DNA of 64,000 nucleotides from Candidatus Bathyarchaeia archaeon. Lineage in GTDB: Archaea; Thermoproteota; Bathyarchaeia; Bathyarchaeales; Bathycorpusculaceae. A program made the translations under genes and the position numbers. Location of the stretch: positions 8,758 through 72,757 of the forward strand of contig JBEKSS010000012.1 in NCBI GenBank assembly GCA_049516875.1, read 5' to 3'. The notes under the pieces were generated by a model, which did no database searches, was not told where the DNA came from, and saw only the letters and a program-made list of their open reading frames with translations. Positions 1 to 10,913 of the stretch are shown here, in pieces (position 1 is the stretch's first letter; each line of letters starts with the position of its first letter).

Positions 1-236
1 TTTCTCTTTTTTTTGGGGTACAGATACGCGGAAACATCTGTTGCTGATTTCTTGCCCAGTATTTTTGCTATTTCTGTAGGAGTCAAGCCAACGGACTTTA
101 GCAAACGTGCTACATCACCTTCGTTGAGTTTCCCCTTTTTGTTAGGTTTGTTCATCTCTATAAAGAGTCTAATTAATGCATCAAGTCTTCTGACTACGGC
201 TTCATTCGTTGCAGCTTCATTTTGGTTTTTTGTCAT
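1..236 (-). CDS. Small HTH protein, runs off window edge
   Basis: Manual translation MTKNQNEAATNEAVVRRLDALIRLF...VGLTPTEIAKILGKKSATDVSAYLY; ATGA overlap with upstream stop. Confidence 0.7.
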   Translation of the reverse strand, partial: MTKNQNEAATNEAVVRRLDALIRLFIEMNKPNKKGKLNEGDVARLLKSVGLTPTEIAKILGKKSATDVSAYLYPKKKR

Positions 237-412
237 GGTTCTTCTGCCTTCGATTTCTTTATTAGTTTCATCGGAAACTTCCCTCTTATCGTCATTTCAG
301 GAATGCCTGTAGCTGTTTCGATTATTTCTGGGTCAACGCCCTCTTTCAAGAGTAAGATAATGAGGAGATTTTTTGTTGCTTCGCTATTTTCAACTTCTTT
401 TTTCTTTGACAT
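233..412 (-). CDS. Small HTH-like protein
   Basis: LLIILLLKEGVDPEIIETATGIPEMTIR helix-turn-helix pattern; ATG at 412. Confidence 0.65.
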   Translation of the reverse strand: MSKKKEVENSEATKNLLIILLLKEGVDPEIIETATGIPEMTIRGKFPMKLIKKSKAEEP

Positions 413-420
413 TTTGTTCA

Positions 421-669
421 CTATTGTCCCTGCTCATTCTTGCCCACTTCAGGTTCAATTTGCTGCACAGGTTCAGGCTCTATTTTCTTGTTTTTTGTTC
501 CTTTTATCTTGGAAACAGATATTAATCGCTCAATCGTTTTTTCGCTAACCTCCAAAGCTTCAGCAATTTCCTTTCTTGTTAAACCTGACCTTACAAGCAA
601 AATCACAGTTATGAGATCTAATCTTTTGACTATTTTGTCAAGTCTTTCGTTCAAGAACTTGTCGCTCAT
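421..669 (-). CDS. Small HTH protein
   Basis: GLTRKEIAEALEVSEKTIER HTH motif after an RLD helix. Confidence 0.75.
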   Translation of the reverse strand: MSDKFLNERLDKIVKRLDLITVILLVRSGLTRKEIAEALEVSEKTIERLISVSKIKGTKNKKIEPEPVQQIEPEVGKNEQGQ

Positions 670-694
670 TGTTTATCTTGCACTTCCTCATGCT

Positions 695-763
695 TTAGTT
701 CAGTTTTCTGAGCCCTTTAAGAATCTCTCTCAGAATCTTGATTTGTTCACTTTGCTGCTCCAT
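695..763 (-). pseudogene. 22-aa micro-ORF, probable truncated paralog of the 814..1179 N-terminus
   Basis: MEQQSEQIKILREILKGLRKLN resembles MSETEKLLNDIRAYLR. Confidence 0.35.
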
Positions 764-813
764 TTTTTCAGACCCCATTTATTTCGGATGAGTTTTTTGG
801 GCTCAGTTTTTAC

Positions 814-1179
814 TTATTCTGTGGTAGCAGGGCTTGGTTGTGCGCTAGGTTTAGAAGTCTTCGCGCGTTTTTTCAGAGTTCCAAATTCTATCCCGAGTTC
901 TTGTAACGTGAATAGTGCTCTATGAGAACTGTTATACTGGTCTGGCGGTGCAACAAATCCCGCTTGGATAAACCCAGTGAGCCAGGTACTAATAGTTGGT
1001 TGTGGAACCTTTGTCTCAGCTTCAATTTTGCTTTGAGTATTCTTCCCATCAAGCTTACTGTATACAAGTGCTTTCTCATAAGTATCCAAGACACTAATTG
1101 CATTGGCTCTCGAGACGGCCGCTACGGAGAGACGGAGATAAGCCCTTATATCGTTAAGAAGCTTTTCAGTTTCGCTCAA
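814..1179 (-). CDS. Winged-helix/HTH protein
   Basis: TQSKIEAETKVPQPTISTWL HTH motif. Confidence 0.7.
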   Translation of the reverse strand: MSETEKLLNDIRAYLRLSVAAVSRANAISVLDTYEKALVYSKLDGKNTQSKIEAETKVPQPTISTWLTGFIQAGFVAPPDQYNSSHRALFTLQELGIEFGTLKKRAKTSKPSAQPSPATTE

Positions 1180-1843
1180 TTTATTCTACTTCCTTTACCG
1201 ATTATAACAAGCTGGAACTTAAATTTTATGTTTGCGTCTGGAACTGAAGTATTTTACGAAGAAATGATCGTAAATAGTCATTCATTGAAAGCGTTTCGTT
1301 TGGTTTGGTAAATTTCCATCAATATCTTATACTACATCTCTCTCAGACCGACATCAAAGGGCAGAACGTGCGCCTTTTTTGAAGCCTTTCATATATTTGC
1401 ATAAACAAGTTTGACATATGGGAGGATTACAGACAAACCTATTTGAACTACGAATTATCAGTGACTCAGACAAGGTTAATCTCAGCCATTTCAAGTTCAA
1501 TGTTGAAGGATTTTCCCCAAAGCTTGCCTAAAGATATGGTGGTGCCAGCGTTTGCGGAACTCAGTGAGATTTTTGGAACTATTGCCCAGTGGCAGAAGCA
1601 AGTGTCTGAGAACAGAGATTCGCCTAGAAAAGAAGCTGAAAAAGGCAGACTTTTCGTATACTCGCGATTGGCCTCTTCAAAGTGAACATGAAAAAGCCGC
1701 CGAACTCAATTCCGCCTTTAAGATTTGCCAAAATCTCCGATGCTCCGTAGGCCACTTGTGAGAGCAAATATCACTTTAAAGGGTGAAGTATATATTTCTG
1801 TTTGGATACGCTAGAAATCTGCGTGTTAGATGGAGAGGCTTCG

Positions 1844-2392
1844 ATGGGTGAAGAGCAGAAGGAACCGCAGAAAGACGCTGAGCAAGTGGAGGCGCTGAAG
1901 GATGCTTTGGACGCGGAGAAGAAGCGTTCAGAAGAGTATCTGGCCAGGCTGAAGTACGCGCAGGCGGACATTGAGAACCTGAAGAAGAGATATGAAAGAC
2001 AGATGGAGGAAGTGAAGAAGTACTGCACGGAGCCTCTCATCATCGAGTTGCTGGATGTTGTTGACGAGTTGGAGTTAGCGGTCAAGTCTGGCCGTTCTTC
2101 CAACTCTGCAGAAGCGGTAGTTCAAGGAGTGGAGATGACCCTGAAGAAACTCAAAAAAGTGCTCGAAGATCAGGGCGTCTCTCCCATAGAGAGCGTGGGT
2201 AAACCCTTCGATCCCTCGAAACACAACGCTGTAGCCAAGACAGAAAAAGAAGGCGTGGATGGATGCACAATAGCTGAGGAAGTCCGAAAAGGTTATACCA
2301 TGAGAGAAAAGGTGATTAGACCGAGCGTCGTTAAGGTTGTGGTGAAACCTTCAAAATCACAAGAGGAGATGAATTCAAATGAGCAATGTTAA
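1844..2392 (+). CDS. grpE: Nucleotide exchange factor GrpE
   Basis: [32 protein letters not shown]; GGAGAGG before ATG 1844. Confidence 0.95.
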   Translation: MGEEQKEPQKDAEQVEALKDALDAEKKRSEEYLARLKYAQADIENLKKRYERQMEEVKKYCTEPLIIELLDVVDELELAVKSGRSSNSAEAVVQGVEMTLKKLKKVLEDQGVSPIESVGKPFDPSKHNAVAKTEKEGVDGCTIAEEVRKGYTMREKVIRPSVVKVVVKPSKSQEEMNSNEQC

Positions 2393-4244
2393 AGCCGGAG
2401 AAAAAATACTCGGCATAGATTTAGGAACGACAAACTCGGCCGCAGCGATTTATGAGAACGGACGAGCAACGGTGATACCCAGCGCCGAAGGACCCACGAT
2501 GGCAGGGAAAATGTTCCCCTCAGTTGTAGCCTTCACCAAAGACGGCCAACTGCTGGTCGGCGAATCGGCAAAGAGACAGGCAACCGCCAATCCCGAAGGA
2601 ACAGTGTACGAAATAAAAAGAAAGATGGGAACCGACTACAAAGTCAACATCTATGGAAAAGAGTACACTCCACAGCAGATATCCTCATTCATTCTGCAGA
2701 AGATAAAGAAAGACGCCGAAACCTACCTGGCAGTTCCAATAAGGAAAGCCGTTATCACGGTGCCTGCCCACTTCAACGACAACCAACGTCAAGCCACGAA
2801 GGATGCCGGAGAGATAGCAGGCTTCGAAGTTGCAAGGATAATAAACGAGCCCACGGCAGCCTGCCTCGCCTACGGAGTTGACAAGGTGGAAAAAGAGATG
2901 AAGATACTCGTCTTCAGCTTCGGCGGGGGCACTCACGACGTGACCGTGATGGATTTCGGCAAAGGAGTCTTCCAAGTACTGTCAACCAGCGGCGACACAC
3001 AAATCGGCGGCACAGACTTGGACAAGGCAATAATGGATTATCTGCTCGACGAATTCAAAAGACAGACAGGCGTCAACATGGCCGGAGACAAAAATGCCAT
3101 GGGAAGACTTAAGGAAGCTGCAGAGAAAGCAAAGATAGAACTGTCGACGTTGATGGCGACAGACATTGACCTGCCCTTCCTGTCCTCAGATGTTTCTGGA
3201 CCAAAACACTTGCACCTCACCCTGACCCGGGCAAAACTCGAGGGACTGGCCCAGCCGATAGTGCAGAAAACGGAGCACACGATGGTTAAGGCGCTCGAGG
3301 ATGCGAAGCTGACGCCCAAAGGCATAGACAAGATAATTCTCATAGGCGGCATGACCCGAATGCCTCTTGTCCAGAGGTTTGTGGAACAGATAATGGGCAA
3401 ACCAGCGGAGAGAGGCGTAGACCCGATGGAATGCGTTGCAGTCGGCGCAGCGATACAGGCGGCGGTGCTCACGGGAGAGGTGAAGGATCTGCTGCTGCTC
3501 GATGTTACACCATTGTCGCTCGGCGTTGAAACCCTCGGCCACATATCTACAAGAATACTTGAGAAGAACACCACTATTCCCACACGGAGAAGCCAGATAT
3601 TCACAACGGCGGCAGATTTCCAAACAGCCGTCACGATTCACGTGCTTCAAGGAGAACGGGCAATAGCGTCGGACAACGTGTCCCTCGGCATGTTCAACCT
3701 AGAAGGAATACCGCCATCTCCGAGAGGCGTTCCACAGATAGAAGTAACTTTTGACATGGACGCAAACGGAATACTCAACGTCACCGCCAAGGACCTAGGC
3801 ACGGGAAAAGAGGCAAAAATAACTATAACAGCCTCCACGAAGCTGTCGAAAGAAGAGAAAGAGAGACTCATCAAGGACTCTGAACAATACGCCGAACAAG
3901 ACAAGAGAAAACGCGAAGAGGCCGAGCTGAGAAACAACGCGGACAACCTCATGTACACGGCCGAAAAGACAAAGAAAGACCTTGGAGAGAAACTCGCACC
4001 GGATCAGAAGAGCAAGATAGACGCGGCCGTTTCTGCGCTGAGAGACGCGCTAGCCGGCAGCGATTTGGAGAGAATCAAGTCGACATCTGACGAACTCACC
4101 AAGGTGCTTCAAGAAGTCGGAACAGCCGTTTATCAACAAGCCGCAGCACAACAAGCGAAACAGCAAGCCCCCCCTCCAAGCGGAGAGGAACCTCCAACAG
4201 GCGACGGAAAAGTAGTTGACTCTGAGGATTACAAAGTGAAGTGA
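2379..4244 (+). CDS. dnaK: Chaperone DnaK (Hsp70)
   Basis: [42 protein letters not shown]. Confidence 0.98.
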   Translation: MSNVKAGEKILGIDLGTTNSAAAIYENGRATVIPSAEGPTMAGKMFPSVVAFTKDGQLLVGESAKRQATANPEGTVYEIKRKMGTDYKVNIYGKEYTPQQISSFILQKIKKDAETYLAVPIRKAVITVPAHFNDNQRQATKDAGEIAGFEVARIINEPTAACLAYGVDKVEKEMKILVFSFGGGTHDVTVMDFGKGVFQVLSTSGDTQIGGTDLDKAIMDYLLDEFKRQTGVNMAGDKNAMGRLKEAAEKAKIELSTLMATDIDLPFLSSDVSGPKHLHLTLTRAKLEGLAQPIVQKTEHTMVKALEDAKLTPKGIDKIILIGGMTRMPLVQRFVEQIMGKPAERGVDPMECVAVGAAIQAAVLTGEVKDLLLLDVTPLSLGVETLGHISTRILEKNTTIPTRRSQIFTTAADFQTAVTIHVLQGERAIASDNVSLGMFNLEGIPPSPRGVPQIEVTFDMDANGILNVTAKDLGTGKEAKITITASTKLSKEEKERLIKDSEQYAEQDKRKREEAELRNNADNLMYTAEKTKKDLGEKLAPDQKSKIDAAVSALRDALAGSDLERIKSTSDELTKVLQEVGTAVYQQAAAQQAKQQAPPPSGEEPPTGDGKVVDSEDYKVK

Positions 4245-4299
4245 GCGCTTCGGACGGCATCGTTTAGACTCTCGAAATCTTTAACCTGATGGTAGAACG

Positions 4300-5421
4300 A
4301 TGGCGAGCAAGAGAGATTACTACGAAGTCCTTGGCGTTCCGAGAACTGCCTCTGCCGACGAAATCAAGGATACCTACAGAAAACTGGCAATGCAATACCA
4401 TCCCGATCGGAACAAAGCACCCGAAGCCGAAGAGAAGTTCAAAGACATATCGGAAGCCTACGCCGTTCTGTCAGATTCTGAGAAACGAAGACAGTACGAC
4501 ACGCTGGGCCACGCGGGATTCGATCAACGCTACACGACCGAAGACATCTTCAGAGGCGCAGACTTCGAATCGATATTCAGAGACATCGGGTTCAACTTCG
4601 GATTCGGAGACCTATTCGGCACCATTTTCGGTCAACACAACTTCGAAGAAAGAGCCACGAGGGGCAGAGATCTCGGCTATGATTTGGAAATAACATTGGA
4701 AGAAGCAGCACACGGAACAGAAAAAGAAATCGAGTTCAGAAGAATCGAGAAGTGCGACGTCTGCGGCGGCACAGGAGCCGCTCCCGGCACTTCCCCACGA
4801 ACATGCCCCAACTGCAAGGGCGCCGGAAGGATTCAAAAAGTCAACAGGAGCAACTTTGGAACATTCGTCCAAGTTGTACCCTGCTCCACATGCAGAGGAC
4901 AAGGCAAAATCATCGATTCACAATGCCCAATGTGCCGCGGCACGGGCCTAATGCGAAAACAGAGAAAGATCACCGTGAAGGTCCCGCCCGGTATTGACGA
5001 AGGATACCAGCTCAGACTCCAAGGACAAGGAGAAATGGCGCCAGAAAGTGATACTCCAGGCGACCTCTACGCCCTGATTCACATTGCACCTCATTCGTAT
5101 TTCAAGAGAGACGAAGACGACCTCCTATACGACCTGCAAATAGGTTTTCCCCAAGCAGCCCTCGGAGCAAGAGTCTCCGTACCCACGCTTGACGGGAACA
5201 CTGATATGGATGTCCCTGCCGGAACCCAGCCAGGACAGATCATCAGACTGAGAGGCAGAGGTATGCCCAAGTTCAGAGGCTACGGAAGAGGCGACCTGCT
5301 ACTACGAATTGAAATCGTAGTGCCCGAAAAACTCACACAACAACAGAGAACCCTGCTCGAGGAATTGGCTAAAGAATTCGACCAGACCGTCCGGCCAAAA
5401 AGCCACAGATTAAGATTCTAG
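4300..5421 (+). CDS. dnaJ: Chaperone DnaJ
   Basis: J-domain HPD, G/F region, four CxxCxGxG repeats. Confidence 0.98.
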   Translation: MASKRDYYEVLGVPRTASADEIKDTYRKLAMQYHPDRNKAPEAEEKFKDISEAYAVLSDSEKRRQYDTLGHAGFDQRYTTEDIFRGADFESIFRDIGFNFGFGDLFGTIFGQHNFEERATRGRDLGYDLEITLEEAAHGTEKEIEFRRIEKCDVCGGTGAAPGTSPRTCPNCKGAGRIQKVNRSNFGTFVQVVPCSTCRGQGKIIDSQCPMCRGTGLMRKQRKITVKVPPGIDEGYQLRLQGQGEMAPESDTPGDLYALIHIAPHSYFKRDEDDLLYDLQIGFPQAALGARVSVPTLDGNTDMDVPAGTQPGQIIRLRGRGMPKFRGYGRGDLLLRIEIVVPEKLTQQQRTLLEELAKEFDQTVRPKSHRLRF

Positions 5422-5454
5422 ACAAGCAGCTGACGGACGTATGATGCATCATTC

Positions 5455-5793
5455 TTACTCGGACGCTTTTTCGCGGTTCCTCAGCAGATAGAGCACGAGA
5501 AGCACTTCGACGATGATGTTGCCGACTGTGAAGACAGCTTCGGCCAAGACGCCTAGGGCGCTCGCGCGTGCCAGCTGAATCGAAAAAATGTAGAAGACAA
5601 GAAGACCAAGCAAAACAAACACGAATGCAAATTCCCTGCCCACATTTAAGGCACTGGCCTTTCTTCGCGTGTCCTCCTTGCGTCTCGACTTGCTGTCAAT
5701 GAAGAGATAGATGCTTACAAGAGTGAGGAATATGCTGCTGAAACTAATGCTCAGGGCCCACCAAGTGAACAGGTCAATTTCTGGCATATTCAT
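5455..5793 (-). CDS. Small membrane protein (about 3 TM) downstream of mgtA
   Basis: SD GGAGG before ATG 5793; hydrophobic helices. Confidence 0.7.
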   Translation of the reverse strand: MNMPEIDLFTWWALSISFSSIFLTLVSIYLFIDSKSRRKEDTRRKASALNVGREFAFVFVLLGLLVFYIFSIQLARASALGVLAEAVFTVGNIIVEVLLVLYLLRNREKASE

Positions 5794-5803
5794 TTGTCCT
5801 CCT

Positions 5804-8377
5804 TCAGTACTTGCATATTTTGTAGAAGAACACCTTACCAGCATCCACGAGAACAAGGTACGTCGCAACCATAAGCACCAGTAGCACCCAGTATTCAGGA
5901 GGAAGCGCTGCAAACCCCATAAAACTACCGAGAATGGTGAAGGGCAGTATGGTTCCGAAGGCCACGCATGAAAGCGTGAGCAAGGCAAGCCATTTTCCAG
6001 GACGACTCGTAAAGAAAGGTATTCGCCTGGTTCTAATCACGAACATGACTAATACTTCTGTCCAGAATGACTCTACGAACCATCCGGCTTGGAACACTGG
6101 CGCTGTAGCTTGTGTTTGGGCGTTGAATATGAAGAGCATTATGCCGTATGTTAGGAAGTCGTACAGTGAGCTGAACGGCCCGAAAAAGAGAGTGTATTTC
6201 CTGACGAAGCTCATGTCCCAACGCTTTGGCGACTTGACATATTCGTCATCAACATTGTCCGTTGGTAGTGTCATGTTCGAAACGTCGTAGAGCAAGTTCA
6301 TAAAGAGAATCTGTGATGCCAGCATAGGCTCGAACGGGAGAAAAACAGATGCAGCGGCGGCGCTGAACATGTTCCCGAAGTTTGAGCTGGTTCCCATCAG
6401 AATGTATTTCATGGTGTTGCCGAATATTTTTCGCCCCTCGTTTATGCCGTTAGCAAGTACGAGGAGATCCTTCTTGAGGAGCACGATGTCGGCTGCCTCT
6501 TTTGCCACGTCTACTGCCGTATCGACGGATATGCCCACGTCGGCCTCGTAAAGGGCTGGAGCATCGTTCACACCGTCTCCTAAGAAGCCTACGACGTTCT
6601 TGTCTGCCTTCAAGGCCTTGATTATGTCGAGTTTCTGTTCAGGTGTGACTCTCGCGAAAATCGTCGCTTCTTCCACGACTGACTTGATTTCGTTCCAGTT
6701 CATCTGCATTAAGTCTGAGCCTACCACTACTCTCTTGACCGGAATCTTGAGGTCCTCACAGACTGTTCTTGCAACGAGCTCATTGTCCCCTGTGAGTATT
6801 TTCACTGCGACTCCCATGTCATTCAACTTGTTAATGGCATCGTGGGCATCTTTCTTGGGAGGGTCTGTGAATATGAGAAAGCCCAAAAGAGTCAGATCTC
6901 TCTCGTCCTCAACCGAGTAAGAAGTCTTGCCTTGTATGCTTCTGGAGGCGACTGCGAGAAGGCGGTAACCAAGTTCTGAAAGACTGTAGAACTTATCGTT
7001 GATCGCCTTCTGAACATCAGCAATCAACTCGGTTTTTCCGCTAATGTCGGCATGCTTGCACTTGCTGAAAACAGATTCTGGGGCGCCTTTGCTGATGAGG
7101 GTGTATTCACCATTCTTCTTCACGACGACGGACATCATCCGCCGCTGATAATCGAAAGGAACTTCATCGACCTTGTTGTAAGGCTCAACATCCCTTTGTG
7201 CATCAATCTGTTTGGCATATTCCCATATTGCAACGTCCATCGGGTTTCCGACGATAGTCTCTCCTAGTACCGCAGCGTTGCAGAGCATCGAATAAGTCAG
7301 AAGCGTGTGGTCTTTTTCTTCGCCAAGCGGGTAAACATCCTTTAACGCTATCTTTCCCTCGGTAAGCGTGCCAGTCTTGTCAGTGCAGAGAACGTTCATG
7401 TTGCCGAAATCTTCAATCGAAACCAAACGTTTCACGACAACTTTCACTTTGGCCATTCTGCTCGCTCCCTGCGAAAGACTGATTGTCACGATTGCAGGCA
7501 TCAGCTCAGGCACCAACCCGACGGCGATTGCAAGAGAAAAAGTCAGAGACCAAACAAGGTCATGACCGATCGCCGCGTTTAACGAGAATATTGAGACTGC
7601 AAGAACGAGAGTAAAAGCAAGAAGCATGTTCCCGTAACTTTTCACTCCTTTCTGGAACTCGGTCTCAGGATGGGAGCGAGTCAAACTTCCTGATATCGAC
7701 CCCAACTTGCTATTCTTGCCAGTGGAGACTACAACGCCCTGAGCACTTCCATGAACCACTGCGGAGCCCATGAACAAGTAGTTCGTCAACTGTTGAGGTG
7801 TGGGATTCTGAATGTCAAGCTTGTCAGACGTTTTCTCAACTGGAAATGACTCCCCAGTAAATGTTGCTTCATTAGTCTCAAGATCCTTTGATTTCACGAT
7901 TCTCAAGTCTGCAGGCACAAGGTCACCGACGTAAACCGAGACCAGGTCTCCTGGAACCAGCAGTTTTGAATCTATCTGAGAGGATTTTCCGTCTCGGGTA
8001 ACCACAGCCTTAATCGACACCGCTCGCCGAAGACCCTGAACAGTCTTCTCTGCTTTGTACTCGTTGTAATACCCCAAGACAACGGCGATTCCTATCATTG
8101 CAGCTATTACTAGGGACTGGTCTGGCTCACCAAAGAAACCCGCAATAGCAGCGCATGCGACAAGAATGGCGAATATAGGGTTCTTGAACTGCCTGAAAAG
8201 CACCTGAGCCCGGCTGAAGGCGTGAACGGCCAACTCGTTGAAGCCGTGGACCTTGAGACGACGCTGAACTTCCTGTTCGGTTAGTCCCTGCTCGCCCGTC
8301 TCAAGGGATTTGTAAACATCCGTAGGAGGAATAGACCAATAATCCTTTTCGCTGTTTACGGTATGCTCCTTTGCCGT
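5804..8377 (-). CDS. mgtA: Mg2+-transporting P-type ATPase (P3B); probable ACG start
   Basis: TGES, GLVPELMP, DKTGT, GDGVND, SSNFGN; frame open upstream of TTG 8233 through the conserved GLTEQEVQRRL..HGFNEL motif to ACG 8377. Confidence 0.88.
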   Translation of the reverse strand, partial: TAKEHTVNSEKDYWSIPPTDVYKSLETGEQGLTEQEVQRRLKVHGFNELAVHAFSRAQVLFRQFKNPIFAILVACAAIAGFFGEPDQSLVIAAMIGIAVVLGYYNEYKAEKTVQGLRRAVSIKAVVTRDGKSSQIDSKLLVPGDLVSVYVGDLVPADLRIVKSKDLETNEATFTGESFPVEKTSDKLDIQNPTPQQLTNYLFMGSAVVHGSAQGVVVSTGKNSKLGSISGSLTRSHPETEFQKGVKSYGNMLLAFTLVLAVSIFSLNAAIGHDLVWSLTFSLAIAVGLVPELMPAIVTISLSQGASRMAKVKVVVKRLVSIEDFGNMNVLCTDKTGTLTEGKIALKDVYPLGEEKDHTLLTYSMLCNAAVLGETIVGNPMDVAIWEYAKQIDAQRDVEPYNKVDEVPFDYQRRMMSVVVKKNGEYTLISKGAPESVFSKCKHADISGKTELIADVQKAINDKFYSLSELGYRLLAVASRSIQGKTSYSVEDERDLTLLGFLIFTDPPKKDAHDAINKLNDMGVAVKILTGDNELVARTVCEDLKIPVKRVVVGSDLMQMNWNEIKSVVEEATIFARVTPEQKLDIIKALKADKNVVGFLGDGVNDAPALYEADVGISVDTAVDVAKEAADIVLLKKDLLVLANGINEGRKIFGNTMKYILMGTSSNFGNMFSAAAASVFLPFEPMLASQILFMNLLYDVSNMTLPTDNVDDEYVKSPKRWDMSFVRKYTLFFGPFSSLYDFLTYGIMLFIFNAQTQATAPVFQAGWFVESFWTEVLVMFVIRTRRIPFFTSRPGKWLALLTLSCVAFGTILPFTILGSFMGFAALPPEYWVLLVLMVATYLVLVDAGKVFFYKICKY

Positions 8378-8501
8378 ATTCTTGAATCCGCCTCAAGCAT
8401 GGTCCTCTTGACATTCACAAGGTTTTACTCCTAATACCATCGTGCGGTATTTAGGCGTTGCGTCACGTTTCCCATGTGCTAGGTTGAGCAGACATCCAGA
8501 C

Positions 8502-9272
8502 TCAGTCGGGTTCCTCGTGGATGTCGATTCTTGCTATCTTGGGATAGGCTTTCTTGATGTCGCTTTCAAGCTTGCTAGAAATCTCGTGTGCCTCTTTTAT
8601 GGTGAGTTTCGGGTCAAATCGACATTTGAGGACGACGTGAATAATGTCGCCGAACCTCCGAATCCTGATGTCGCTGACGCACTTGATTTCAGGGAACCTC
8701 TTTGCAACATCCTCAATGTATGCTTCAAGCTCAGTTTCGACCCCTGTCAATTCTTTTGAGATGCGATCCGACGCGGATTCCATGTGGACGGTCACCCCTG
8801 CCACGTCTGAGTTGATTGCCTTTATTCTTTTTTCAACCTCATCAGCCACATCATGCGCTTGCCTCACCGTCATGTTCGCGCTCACCTCAAGGTGCAGGTC
8901 TACATACAATTTTCCATCAACCGTTTGCACGTGAATGTTGTGAGCGCCCCTCGAACCGGGAGCTCCTTCAGCCGCGTCCTTGACTGCCTTCCATATACTC
9001 TCGCGCTCAGACTTGACCGGTTCAGTGTCAACGGAGATTCTGGCGTTAGGATACTGGGTTCGAACCGCCTTTTCAACGTCGAAGGCAATTCGATGCGTGT
9101 CTTCAGTGGAAAGGTTGCCGTCTAAGAAAACGTGAACATCCACATCGAGCCTCTTCGCACTGAGGCGCACCGTGATGTGGCGTATCCCCTTCACATCCTT
9201 TAAAGCTTCAACCTTCCGCCTTATTCTCTGCTCAATCTGATGCGGGGATCGATCAACCAGTGGAAGTGGCAA
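8502..9272 (-). CDS. Soluble protein of three tandem CDF C-terminal (ZT_dimer-like) domains
   Basis: Three repeats of H/D-I-x-V/I...VDxH...AH(E/D)..HxEP; no TM helices; SD GAGGTG before TTG 9272. Confidence 0.75.
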   Translation of the reverse strand: MPLPLVDRSPHQIEQRIRRKVEALKDVKGIRHITVRLSAKRLDVDVHVFLDGNLSTEDTHRIAFDVEKAVRTQYPNARISVDTEPVKSERESIWKAVKDAAEGAPGSRGAHNIHVQTVDGKLYVDLHLEVSANMTVRQAHDVADEVEKRIKAINSDVAGVTVHMESASDRISKELTGVETELEAYIEDVAKRFPEIKCVSDIRIRRFGDIIHVVLKCRFDPKLTIKEAHEISSKLESDIKKAYPKIARIDIHEEPD

Positions 9273-9492
9273 GGTCGACACCTCAGCTAATCTACCGCCC
9301 TTCGAGAATATATATCTGCACACGTTCCACTCGCCATCAAAACGTCAACGATTTAATGTCTCCCTACGCCGCCTGCCCCGATTCTTTTCAGACTCAAAAC
9401 CCGTAATAGCACGCACTTTTGTTCTCTCGCGTATAAGACGCACGCGCGCGCAGGGCGACTTCAACGAATGGACGCAGAATCGAGCACACTGT

Positions 9493-10119
9493 CTATTTCC
9501 GTACTCTGTAGCGCCAAGCCACGACCAAGGCCCAGAACATGGGGACAAGCGATACGACTATGATGACGTAGTTCAAGTTAGGACTGAGACCGCCTGAAAA
9601 TTGGAGAGTCAAGATGAATTCGCGGGCGAAAAACTCCCACAGAGCCAGATAAGAGATTGTTATGGACACGACAAGGGTCAAAAAGCTCAGCCTGCGGGCG
9701 TTCTTTATTTCTAGAACATCTATGTGAGCCTTCAATGTGTCCACGAAAACTGTCACGTGGTCAACGGACTCTTCTATCGCGTCCTGAATGAGAAATACAA
9801 GGTCGCTACTGAAACTGCCCAGCTTCTCCTTCAAGGGGCTCCATTCGTGCGACAGATCCAGTATCGTCAATCTCTCCTTCTGCAGTTCCTGATAGGTTTT
9901 CCAAAGCTCTGCCTCATCTTGTTCAAGCGCTTCATTACCTGCAGTTCGCTTAAGCTTGCGCCCAACCTCCATCAGAGCCTTAACAAGCCTAATGAGGTCG
10001 TTCTGAAAATCCTTATCAACCTTCTGGAGCTCCTGAACTTCCTTCAATATCTCGTCAAAATCAACGTGCACAGCAAAATCGCTCATCCCACCCATTTCTC
10101 CTGCTACTTCATTACTCAC
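9493..10119 (-). CDS. Membrane protein, coiled region plus two C-terminal TMs (CorA-like topology)
   Basis: Helical N-terminus, ARRLSFLTLVVS followed by a second TM. Confidence 0.55.
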   Translation of the reverse strand: MSNEVAGEMGGMSDFAVHVDFDEILKEVQELQKVDKDFQNDLIRLVKALMEVGRKLKRTAGNEALEQDEAELWKTYQELQKERLTILDLSHEWSPLKEKLGSFSSDLVFLIQDAIEESVDHVTVFVDTLKAHIDVLEIKNARRLSFLTLVVSITISYLALWEFFAREFILTLQFSGGLSPNLNYVIIVVSLVPMFWALVVAWRYRVRK

Positions 10120-10202
10120 AAAGATAAAGAACTCGATTAAAAACAGTGCGTGTCAGCGCACACCTGAAAGCGATGAAGCTGCCCTACGTGTTGATTTGTC
10201 TT

Positions 10203-10676
10203 TCAATTCCTTTTCATGTATGCAACTGTCTTTTCATACAGCTTTTGGAAGTGTTCTCCAAACGTTTCGTCGCCTTTCTCCTTTCTCATAGCCATGATCC
10301 AGGGTTCCAGTTTCTTCCAGTTTGAGACTATGTAGGCATTCAAACGGTCAGCTATGACGTCGATGTCAATGAATTTCTTTTCAATCAAGAAACCAACTTC
10401 CTCAAAGAAGGCGGTGACCTCGAAGGGATAGTCGCTCGCTTCGTAGTCACTCTCCACCTGTGCCTTGTATTCTTCATAATCTTCAAACTGGAATCTGTCT
10501 TCAACCCATCTGAAAGCCTTGTGAAGCCGGTCACTCTCTGCCCAATCGAACAGCTTCATTGAAATCTCGAGATCCCTGTGCTTGTCCATGTGCCTGAGCT
10601 GAAGTAAGATGAAAACCGTTGCAGAAACGCCAGCCACCGCCGAAAGGACGGCGGCCCACTCGGTCAGAGTGACCAA
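10203..10676 (-). CDS. DUF4760-like protein with N-terminal TM
   Basis: FFEEVGFLIEKKFID..WKKLEPWI..FQKLY pattern. Confidence 0.6.
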   Translation of the reverse strand: MVTLTEWAAVLSAVAGVSATVFILLQLRHMDKHRDLEISMKLFDWAESDRLHKAFRWVEDRFQFEDYEEYKAQVESDYEASDYPFEVTAFFEEVGFLIEKKFIDIDVIADRLNAYIVSNWKKLEPWIMAMRKEKGDETFGEHFQKLYEKTVAYMKRN

Positions 10677-10913
10677 TTCAAACCGAAACTCCCTGTAGAA
10701 TGTGGAAGGTTTACCGTTTTAAAACTTCGCGTTGAAGAATGCTCTCATCCCGTTGCAAACTGCGTACCTCGTTATGGAAGATATTCGAGGACAGCAGCGA
10801 CAACCCCGCGGAGCCCAGCATCTTTGCCCAGAGGTGTGACTTTTGTTTCTGGCAACCGTTTGGCTACACTTATTGGTAAAACCTATATTGCCAAGACTCG
10901 CTTCTAGTTTGAG

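Noticed and set aside
1443-1761. ORFs 1443..1685 and 1552..1761
   Set aside because: No SD or recognisable motif; cannot be supported as genes.
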